NCBI GenBank assembly: GCA_964022225.1
Contig: CAXIBK010000001.1
Coordinates: 1-34,200 of the forward strand
Direction: 5' to 3'
DNA from: an uncultured Paraperlucidibaca sp.
GTDB lineage: Bacteria; Pseudomonadota; Gammaproteobacteria; Pseudomonadales; Moraxellaceae
DNA length: 34,200 nt
Part shown: one piece after another, positions 9,162-16,487 of the stretch
Numbering within the stretch: position 1 is the first letter of the stretch
How the letters are laid out: the number at the start of each line of letters is the position of its first letter
Notes under the pieces: generated by a model
What the model saw: the letters and a program-made list of their open reading frames with translations, nothing else
Told to the model about the DNA's origin: nothing
The model's database searches: none
Translations under genes and position numbers: made by a program

Positions 9162-9926
9162 ATGTCATTCGCTCATCAGCTCAATATTTTAAGCTCAGTT
9201 TTGACCTCAACCGCTGCTGGTTGGCGCGGCGGTGCTGGGCGCGCCTTCTTCAAGCAGCCCGAGCATCGCCCCGTACTGTTTGATATCGAAAACTGCCCAT
9301 ATTGCCGAATGGTGCGTGAGGCGGCGACTGCCTTGCACTTAGACTTAGATATTCGACCATGCCCGAAAAACGGCACGCGCTTTCGTGCGCAGGCCATTGA
9401 GATTGGCGGCAAGCTACAGTTTCCTTTACTGCAAGATCCTAATACCGGCACCGTGCTTTATGAGTCGGGTGCGATCATTGATTACTTATTTCGTGCCTAC
9501 GCTAATCGCCCAGCGCCGGCTGCTTATAAAAAATCGCCGCTACACACGGCAAGTAGCATATTAGCTAGTGCTACTCGGGCGACTGCGGGCTTGCGTGTGA
9601 AGCCTTCGCGAGCACCAAAGCAGCCACTGGCATTGTGGAGCTTTGAAACCAGTCCATACTCCCGTCCAGTGCGCGAGTTGCTCTGTGAGTTAGAGATTCC
9701 GTATAGCCTACATAACTTAGGCAAAGAGCATTGGACTGAAATTGGGCCTGCGGTACAGCGTCTGAAGCCTGGCCCTTATGTGCCAAAAGCTGGCGGCAAG
9801 CGTGAGCAATTTATGCAAAAGCATGGCCGTGTGCAGCTGCCATTTTTGCAAGATCCTAATACCGGCACTGAGCTTTTTGAGTCCGAAGCGATTTTGTCTT
9901 ATTTGAAAGCAAACTACGCAATCTAA
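9162..9926 (+). CDS. Tandem GST N-terminal/glutaredoxin-fold protein
   Basis: Two repeated thioredoxin-fold units: ENCPYCRMVRE...QFPLLQDPNTG..LYESGAIIDYL and ETSPYSRPVRE...QLPFLQDPNTG..LFESEAILSYL. Start taken at ATG 9162 rather than TTG 9117. Confidence 0.88.
   Translation: MSFAHQLNILSSVLTSTAAGWRGGAGRAFFKQPEHRPVLFDIENCPYCRMVREAATALHLDLDIRPCPKNGTRFRAQAIEIGGKLQFPLLQDPNTGTVLYESGAIIDYLFRAYANRPAPAAYKKSPLHTASSILASATRATAGLRVKPSRAPKQPLALWSFETSPYSRPVRELLCELEIPYSLHNLGKEHWTEIGPAVQRLKPGPYVPKAGGKREQFMQKHGRVQLPFLQDPNTGTELFESEAILSYLKANYAI
9430..9868 (+). repeat. 22-bp exact direct repeat between the two GST-N domains
   Basis: TGCAAGATCCTAATACCGGCAC at 9430-9451 and 9847-9868. Confidence 0.9.
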
Positions 9927-9943
9927 ATATAGGCTGGCTCATC

Positions 9944-10993
9944 ATGACCAAGAAAAAAACTCCCACGCATCCAGTCGTTACGGCGCTATATGAGGCGCAT
10001 GTTTCGCACTCAATGGCCTTACTCACTGGCGAGGGCTTATTAGATCATCTGTCTAATGAACTTGATGCTGACTTGGTTAACGCCAAGAAGCTCAAGCTCA
10101 CGCAAATGGTTAGCAAAGAGCAAATTCTGGCCACTGCACGTGCTTATGCTGTTGATATGCCGATGTCGGGTGGCATTCCAGAGTTGGTTGGTGACATCGC
10201 GCGCGTTTTGCATGCGCATCCAATACACGATGACACTAAGCTCAGCGATATAGTCTCGGACAAACAAGCGCGCGAAATCATCAACAAAGCTGTTGAGCTG
10301 CATGAGTTGCGCGACAAACTTATTCATGCTGTCTTGGGTAACCCTTTATTGGTGGAGATGTCGGCAGATCTTATTTCGCGTGGCATCAAAGGCTATTTGG
10401 CGCAAGGTAATGCCGCTGCTAAAGGTATTCCAGGAGCCTCGGCATTAATGGGCCTAGGCAAGTCGGTGCTGAGTAAAGCCTCGCCGGGCCTGGAAAAGTC
10501 ATTAGATGAAGGCTTGCAGGCTTATGTGCGCAAAAGCACGAAAGCCACTTTGCGGACAAGCGAGGAGTCACTCAAGGCCAAACTTAACGACGAAACTGTT
10601 CGCCGTATTGCGCTTGATGTTTGGGCCGATATTAAGCATTGGCCTGCCAGCCGCTTCCGTCAATATGTGAGTGCGGCAAGCCTTGAGGAAATATTTGTTA
10701 TTGGTTATGAGTTCTGGCGTGGGGAGCTGCGTCATACACCGTATTACAGCGTCTTACTTGAGGTTGCCATTAATAGCTTCTTCGAAAAATATCAGGATGC
10801 CACGTTGCAGTTTTTGCTCGACGAAGTTGGCGTGACGCGCGAGATGATTTTCACTGAGCTTTCCCGTTTTGCCCCACCGGCAATGGCTGCATTGCACAAA
10901 GCGTCACTACTAGACGGTATCGTGCGGCCCCAGCTGCTACCGTTTTATCAGTCTGGTCGCATCGAGGCGATATTGGCTGAGCAGGGGATCTAA
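9944..10993 (+). CDS. Uncharacterised alpha-helical protein, paralog B (349 aa)
   Basis: Long ORF 17 nt after the GST gene and 2 nt before the next gene; homologous to 5156..6178. Confidence 0.85.
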   Translation: MTKKKTPTHPVVTALYEAHVSHSMALLTGEGLLDHLSNELDADLVNAKKLKLTQMVSKEQILATARAYAVDMPMSGGIPELVGDIARVLHAHPIHDDTKLSDIVSDKQAREIINKAVELHELRDKLIHAVLGNPLLVEMSADLISRGIKGYLAQGNAAAKGIPGASALMGLGKSVLSKASPGLEKSLDEGLQAYVRKSTKATLRTSEESLKAKLNDETVRRIALDVWADIKHWPASRFRQYVSAASLEEIFVIGYEFWRGELRHTPYYSVLLEVAINSFFEKYQDATLQFLLDEVGVTREMIFTELSRFAPPAMAALHKASLLDGIVRPQLLPFYQSGRIEAILAEQGI

Positions 10994-10995
10994 AC

Positions 10996-11532
10996 ATGGC
11001 CTCCTTGAAGGATCAGTTAATGCAAGCCGGATTGGCCAATGCTAAGCGTGCGCGACAAGCCGATCATGCCAAGCGTCAAGCTGCCAAAGGTCGACATGAA
11101 GAAGTGCCGGCCGCTGAGCTGGTTAAGCAGGCACGAGCTGAGCAATTGGCGCGTGATCAGGCAGCCAATAAAGCGCAGCAAGATGCTCAAGCTGAAAAAG
11201 CTATCGTTGCGCAAATTCGACAGCTGATTGAAGTGCATCAGATCGATCGTAGTGGCGGCGATCAACCCTATCAATTTGCCGATGGCAGTAAAGTTCGCAA
11301 ACTTTGGCTGCGCCCTGCGCAAATCGATCAGTTGGCCCGAGGCCAGATTGCTATTGTGCGTATTGGCGCTGTGACATCAACGGAATTCGCCTTAGTGCCG
11401 ACAGCTATTGCAGAGAAAATTGCACAACGTGATAGCGCCCGCGTGGTGCTGAAGGTCGACCGCCACGCGCAGGCTGTTGCGGATGATGACCCATATGCTG
11501 ACTATGTCATTCCTGACGATTTGATGTGGTAG
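10996..11532 (+). CDS. DUF2058 (YaiL-like) protein
   Basis: Family termini SLKDQLMQAGL and DDDPYADYVIPDDLMW. Confidence 0.9.
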   Translation: MASLKDQLMQAGLANAKRARQADHAKRQAAKGRHEEVPAAELVKQARAEQLARDQAANKAQQDAQAEKAIVAQIRQLIEVHQIDRSGGDQPYQFADGSKVRKLWLRPAQIDQLARGQIAIVRIGAVTSTEFALVPTAIAEKIAQRDSARVVLKVDRHAQAVADDDPYADYVIPDDLMW

Positions 11533-11604
11533 TACTTCGTGGCTTTGGCGCCATATTGCAAGGTAAAATAGCGGCGTCTAGTTGTACTTATTGAGTAAGC
11601 AAAT

Positions 11605-12504
11605 ATGAAGTGGATAATTCTCGCGATATTCATTGCGTCGGCCATCTATGTGCAGCGCCGCGGCAAGGTGAAGCACAAGTTTTCGCGGCAGTTTTTCGAT
11701 CATTCCACCTTGATGGCACCAATCAACGTCATCATGTATTGGTGGTCGAAAGTACCGACCACGCCGTATCTGTCGCAAGATCATTTCCCTGAAGTTGCGG
11801 TGCTTGCTGAGCATTGGGAAGAGATTCGCGATGAGGCTAGAGCCTTGGGCGAGAAAGGCTTGATCAAGGCATCGGCTGAATACAACGACGCCGGCTTTAA
11901 CTCCTTTTTCAAAGTCGGTTGGAAGCGTTTTTATTTGAAATGGTATGAAGATGGCCATCCATCAGCGGCTGAGTTATGCCCGAAAACCACGGCCTTGGTG
12001 CGTGGCCTAGATTCGGTGAAAGCGGCTATGTTTACTGAACTTCCACCGGGCAGTCGTTTGGTGCGCCATCGCGACCCGTTTGCCGGCTCTTTGCGTTACC
12101 ACTTAGGCCTGATCACACCTAACGATGATCGCTGCTTTATCGACGTTGATGGCGAGCGCTATAGCTGGCGCGACGGCGAGGGTGTGATGTTTGATGAAAC
12201 CTATATTCATTACGCCGAAAACATGACTGACGAAAACCGAATTATCTTGTTATGCGATATTGAGCGGCCGATGACTCGGCGTTGGGCGCAAGCGTTTAAC
12301 CATTGGTTTGCTCGCACGGTGATGACAGCAGCGAGTTCGCCAAATACTGATAGCGATAAAACCGGCGGCATCAACAAGGCTTTTAGCTATTTATACTTAT
12401 TACGCTTGCGTGCGAAGGCGCTGAAAAAGACCAACCGCACGCTGTATTACGTGCTGAAATGGTTAATTCTCGGTGGTCTCTTGGCGTGGATATTTATCTT
12501 TTAA
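11605..12504 (+). CDS. lpxO: Lipid A Fe(II)/2-oxoglutarate hydroxylase (Asp/Asn beta-hydroxylase family)
   Basis: TM helices at both ends; DHSTLMAPIN, NDAGFNSFFK.GWKRFYLKWY, HxD motif HRDPFAGSLRYHLGL, FDETYIHYAEN. Confidence 0.93.
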   Translation: MKWIILAIFIASAIYVQRRGKVKHKFSRQFFDHSTLMAPINVIMYWWSKVPTTPYLSQDHFPEVAVLAEHWEEIRDEARALGEKGLIKASAEYNDAGFNSFFKVGWKRFYLKWYEDGHPSAAELCPKTTALVRGLDSVKAAMFTELPPGSRLVRHRDPFAGSLRYHLGLITPNDDRCFIDVDGERYSWRDGEGVMFDETYIHYAENMTDENRIILLCDIERPMTRRWAQAFNHWFARTVMTAASSPNTDSDKTGGINKAFSYLYLLRLRAKALKKTNRTLYYVLKWLILGGLLAWIFIF

Positions 12505-12561
12505 GCGCTGCTGGATGGGGTTGAAACACACGCTTGCAGGTGTGCGGGGAGATTTTGACGC

Positions 12562-13425
12562 ATGACGTTTTCACCAGCATTGCAAGCGTGGGAGCACAGC
12601 GGTGATTATCGCGAGCTCAAAGGCCAGCGCCACTTTGTGCAAGTGGCCGGTACCGGTCCCGTCTTGCTACTCCTGCACGGCTTTCCCACCTCGAGTGCTG
12701 ACTGGGCGCCGCTCTGGCCTCAGCTCACGGCACATTTTCGCTGCTATGCCATCGATTTTCTTGGCTTTGGCCTCAGTGCCAAACCTAAGCGGCATCACTA
12801 CAGTATTTTTGATCAAGCCGATCGCGTAGAAGCACTGCTGCGTGCCGAGGGCGTTGAGCGCTACCATATTCTTGCTCATGACATTGGCGATACGGTGGCG
12901 CAAGAGCTCTTGGCGCGCCAGCTCGATGGTAGTGGCCATGGCGTCATAGACCGTGTTTGTCTGCTTAATGGCGGGCTATTTCCAGAAACTCATCGCGCAC
13001 TCCTGACGCAAAAGCTGCTGGCCAGTCCATTAGGCCCCTTGCTTGCTCGCCTGATGCGCCGTGATGTGTTTATTGAGCGCTTGCAGGCGGCATGCTGCCA
13101 TCAGCTGCCTGATGAGGCGGTGAGCGATATGTGGGCCCTGCTGAGGCACAACGACGGGCATTTGCGCATGCCGCAGCTCATCGGCTATATGGCTGAGCGC
13201 CTGCAGCAGCGGGCGCGATGGGTCGGGGCGCTGCAGCACAGTCGGTGCCCAATTCGCGTCGTGGCGGGCGCCGATGACCCGATTTCCGGTGCCCACATGA
13301 TTGCGCGCTACCGCGAGTTAATTGCGCAGCCAGATGCTTTTGTTTTGCCTAAACTTGGTCATTACCCGCAAGTCGAGCGCCCTGAGCAGGTTTGGGCGGT
13401 TATTTCCTCGTTTTTAATCGGCTAA
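12562..13425 (+). CDS. Alpha/beta hydrolase, epoxide hydrolase/MEST-like
   Basis: HGFPTSS, DFLGFGLSAKP, Asp nucleophile AHDIGD, LNGGLFPETHR, DPISG, GHYPQVE. Confidence 0.9.
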   Translation: MTFSPALQAWEHSGDYRELKGQRHFVQVAGTGPVLLLLHGFPTSSADWAPLWPQLTAHFRCYAIDFLGFGLSAKPKRHHYSIFDQADRVEALLRAEGVERYHILAHDIGDTVAQELLARQLDGSGHGVIDRVCLLNGGLFPETHRALLTQKLLASPLGPLLARLMRRDVFIERLQAACCHQLPDEAVSDMWALLRHNDGHLRMPQLIGYMAERLQQRARWVGALQHSRCPIRVVAGADDPISGAHMIARYRELIAQPDAFVLPKLGHYPQVERPEQVWAVISSFLIG

Positions 13426-13554
13426 AGCTTAATAAGTGTGCAATGGTGCCAAAGGCAGCATTGAGCAGATGAGAGGTAGTGCTGCCTAGACATCTCCGGA
13501 GTATGGTTGATCTATCCGACTAGAGTTGGGTTGAAGTGCCTCGGAGAGATGATT

Positions 13555-13875
13555 ATGTCGCACAGCGCCTTTGCAGAGCTAATTCAAGAATGGGAAGCTC
13601 GGCAGTTATTACACCGGCAAAAAGTGCCTATGCAGGTTAGTGTATTCGATACTGATCGCGTTAAAATTCAGGCGCTTGCAGCTGTTTATAACCTTAGCGA
13701 GCAAGAGATTATTGCCAGCGTTTTGCATCATGGCTTGTTTGAGCTGGAAACGCGCATGCCTTACCAGAAAGGCACGCGTGTGATTCGCGTCGAAGAGGGT
13801 GAGGAAATTTTCGAGGATATTGGCATGATGCCGCGCTATATAGCGAAAATTCATGAACTTACGCGCGGCCACTAA
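13555..13875 (+). CDS. Small conserved hypothetical protein
   Basis: ATG 13555 lies 8 nt after GGAG. The pattern ELIQEWE...ALAAVY...ELETRMPYQKG..VI..EEG..FEDIG..PRY recalls Pseudomonas/Marinobacter proteins loosely annotated 'type 1 pili tip component' (from memory, function unproven). Confidence 0.7.
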   Translation: MSHSAFAELIQEWEARQLLHRQKVPMQVSVFDTDRVKIQALAAVYNLSEQEIIASVLHHGLFELETRMPYQKGTRVIRVEEGEEIFEDIGMMPRYIAKIHELTRGH

Positions 13876-13913
13876 GTGCTTATTTAGCTAGCCAATAGCT
13901 TGTAAAACTTGAA

Positions 13914-13943
13914 TTAAAAAGCCGCTTAGTAGCGGCTTTTTAA
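13914..13943. terminator. Bidirectional intrinsic terminator
   Basis: TTAAAAAGCCGCT-TAGT-AGCGGCTTTTTAA between convergent genes. Confidence 0.92.
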
Positions 13944-13959
13944 TATCAAATATATCGGT

Positions 13960-15420
13960 TTAGGCTTTCTTAAACTGGAAGTGGCGGAAATTAGGCTTGC
14001 GCATGTGCATCCAATATTTCCATGTAAAACCAGGCCAAATAGTGAAGTTCTTACCATCTTCGTCGATATACCAGCTCTTACATCCGCCTTCGCTCCAGAC
14101 CATTTTCTGCAGCTCAGCTTGAATGCGCTCATTATAAGCGTCTTGCACTTCGGGCTTGACTGATATTTCAGCGGCGCCACGCTTATCCATCTCATCTAAG
14201 CAACTGATAGCATAGCGAATTTGTTGCTCAATCATAAAGATAATCGAGTTATGTCCGAGTGCAGTATTGGGGCCAAGCAACATGAACAAGTTCGGTAAAT
14301 CTTTTAGTGTTGTGCCTAAGTAAGCACTTAGTCCGCCTTCTTTAGAGCGAGTTTCAATGCCATCACGGCCATATAAATGTAGTGGGCCTAATGGATCTTT
14401 AACATCAAAACCGGTGCCGCAGATGATGGCGTCTACCTGATGCTCTTGGCCATTGGAGTCGATGATGCTGTTGGCGCGAACCTCTTTTACTCCGGTGGCA
14501 ATGACATTGACGTTGTCACGAGTCAAGGCAGGGTAGTAGTTGTTAGAAAACAACACACGCTTACAACCGATGGTGTAGTTAGGTGTCAGTTTTTCGCGCA
14601 GTACAGGGTCTTTGACCTGCTTTTTCAAATGCCATCGCGCTAGCTTCTCAATAGCCACCATGAGTTTTGGATGCACAAAGCCTAGAGCGAATGCTTCGGC
14701 CTGCCAGTAAATACCAGCGCGCACTATGTTTTGTGAGGTCGGAAGAAAACTAAACAGTTTTTTCACGCCGGCATTAATGACTCCGTCCGGTTTTGGCACC
14801 AGCCAAGGTGGTGTGCGCTGAAACAGTACTAGCTCATCCACTTTCGGTGCAATTTGCGGCACAAACTGGATGGCACTAGCTCCAGTGCCAATAACGGCTA
14901 CACGCTTGCCTGTAAGATCATAGTCATGATTCCAGCGTGCGGAGTGGAATAGCATGCCTTTGAAGTTATCTAAACCTTTTACATTGGGCAGGGCTGGGCG
15001 GCTTAAACCACCAATCCCAGAGATCACCACGCGCGCTGTATATGCTTTGCCATCGCCTGTTTTCAGTTGCCAGTGTTTTTCAGCATCGCTCCAGCGCGCT
15101 TCAATCAGCTCGCTATTGCCTCGAAAGTGCGGGTATAGATCGTATTTGCGAGCACATTTTTGCATATACGCCAAAATTTCAGCTTGGCCTGAGTAAAAGC
15201 GCGACCAATTAGGATTTTGCTCGAAAGAGTATGAATACATATGTGATGGCACATCGCAGGCGGCGCCTGGATAGTTGTTATCAAGCCATGTGCCACCAAA
15301 GTCGTTCGACTTCTCTAGAATAAGAAAGTCATTTCGCCCGGACTTTTTCAAGAAAATGCCCATACCTAGGCCTGAAAATCCGCTGCCAACAACAATGATG
15401 TCGTGATGTGAGCTGGTCAT
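13960..15420 (-). CDS. Type I Baeyer-Villiger / flavin-containing monooxygenase
   Basis: Rossmann GSGFSG, GGTW..NNYPGAACDVPS, BVMO fingerprint FKGMLFHSARW, second Rossmann GTGASAIQ, IGCKR, CGTGF. Confidence 0.93.
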   Translation of the reverse strand: MTSSHHDIIVVGSGFSGLGMGIFLKKSGRNDFLILEKSNDFGGTWLDNNYPGAACDVPSHMYSYSFEQNPNWSRFYSGQAEILAYMQKCARKYDLYPHFRGNSELIEARWSDAEKHWQLKTGDGKAYTARVVISGIGGLSRPALPNVKGLDNFKGMLFHSARWNHDYDLTGKRVAVIGTGASAIQFVPQIAPKVDELVLFQRTPPWLVPKPDGVINAGVKKLFSFLPTSQNIVRAGIYWQAEAFALGFVHPKLMVAIEKLARWHLKKQVKDPVLREKLTPNYTIGCKRVLFSNNYYPALTRDNVNVIATGVKEVRANSIIDSNGQEHQVDAIICGTGFDVKDPLGPLHLYGRDGIETRSKEGGLSAYLGTTLKDLPNLFMLLGPNTALGHNSIIFMIEQQIRYAISCLDEMDKRGAAEISVKPEVQDAYNERIQAELQKMVWSEGGCKSWYIDEDGKNFTIWPGFTWKYWMHMRKPNFRHFQFKKA

Positions 15421-15488
15421 AAGGTAGAAATTCCGATTATTAATCCGACAAATGTAAGGTTATCATGCGGCTGCAAAATGTCACACTC

Positions 15489-15532
15489 ATTGTTTCCGTC
15501 AGTTTGACAGTGTCAATGAGCTTAGCTAGCGT
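15489..15532. promoter_or_regulatory. Back-to-back sigma70 promoters sharing a TTGACA-G-TGTCAA palindrome
   Basis: + strand: TTGACA 15504-15509, 17 bp, TAGCGT 15527-15532. - strand: TTGACA (15516-15511), 16 bp, AACAAT (15494-15489). Confidence 0.55.
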
Positions 15533-15561
15533 TGTCCAACTTTAGTATGAAAGAGATCAGT

Positions 15562-16350
15562 ATGTCCGCTAAGTCTGTAAAAAATCCTAAGCCTGCCGTG
15601 GTTTCTATCAATGGTAAAACGCGTTATCACGAACCAGCATCAACGGGCATTGATCTAGAGTCATTTCGCCAAGTGGTGATTAGCCGCCGCTCCGTGCGTA
15701 AATTTACCGATAAACCAATTCCGCAAGCGGTCATGGATGATTGTTTGGATATGGCATTGCTGGCACCTTGTTCATCAGGCCTGCAGCCATGGGAGTTTTT
15801 TGTAGTTCGCTCGAAAGATAAAAAAGCCAAATTAGTGAAGGCTTGCATGAGCCAGCTAGCGGCTAAAACCGCGGCGGAGCTCATTGTTTGTGTTGCGCGC
15901 ACCGATCGCATTGAAGAGTTTTCTCGCAAGATGCTGCGCGAATGGCCCATGCCCGATGTGCCGAAGCTGGTGCAGCGCTATTATCAGCTCATTCCTTATA
16001 ACTATGCGCCAGGCCCGCTGAACAGCTTTGCTATGGTGAAAAAGGCCGCTTTCTCAGTGGGTGGATTAGTTGCGGCGGTACCACGTGGCCCTTATACCAA
16101 GTCTGAGGTTGAGTTATGGGCGGCTAAGAGCACAGCCTTAGCTTGCGAAAATTTGGTTTTGGCTTTTCGCGCCCATGGCTATGACACATGCATGATGGAG
16201 GGCTTCGATGAAGTGCGTGTACGTAAGTTACTAAATTTGGGTGATGCCTCCTTCCCTATCATGGTCGTGGGTGCTGGTGAGCGCGCTGATGATGGCGTGT
16301 TTTGGCCACAAGTTCGATTTGAGCGTGAGCTATTTGTGCACGAGGTTTGA
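15562..16350 (+). CDS. Nitroreductase family protein
   Basis: SRRSVRKF, LAPCSSGLQPWEF, GYDTCMMEGFD. ATG 15562 preferred because TTG 15532 overlaps the predicted -10; ATG 15547 is an alternative. Confidence 0.92.
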   Translation: MSAKSVKNPKPAVVSINGKTRYHEPASTGIDLESFRQVVISRRSVRKFTDKPIPQAVMDDCLDMALLAPCSSGLQPWEFFVVRSKDKKAKLVKACMSQLAAKTAAELIVCVARTDRIEEFSRKMLREWPMPDVPKLVQRYYQLIPYNYAPGPLNSFAMVKKAAFSVGGLVAAVPRGPYTKSEVELWAAKSTALACENLVLAFRAHGYDTCMMEGFDEVRVRKLLNLGDASFPIMVVGAGERADDGVFWPQVRFERELFVHEV

Positions 16351-16437
16351 GTAAAAGCCCGTTAGGCTGCGCTCAGTAGGGCGCTCTCCGCCTTGAGGTT
16401 GAGTTGCCCTAAGTAATCTATTGCATTATTCATTAGC

Positions 16438-16473
16438 CACAAAAAAGCCCAGCTATTGCTGGGCTTTTTTGTG
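16438..16473. terminator. Bidirectional intrinsic terminator (acnB / nitroreductase)
   Basis: CACAAAAAAGCCCAGC-TATT-GCTGGGCTTTTTTGTG. Confidence 0.93.
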
Positions 16474-16487
16474 CATCACAACAGCTA

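Noticed and set aside
5156-16350. Genomic island, prophage or defence locus
   Set aside because: No integrase, transposase, att repeats, tRNA, phage genes or nuclease/ATPase defence motifs; housekeeping fpr is interspersed.
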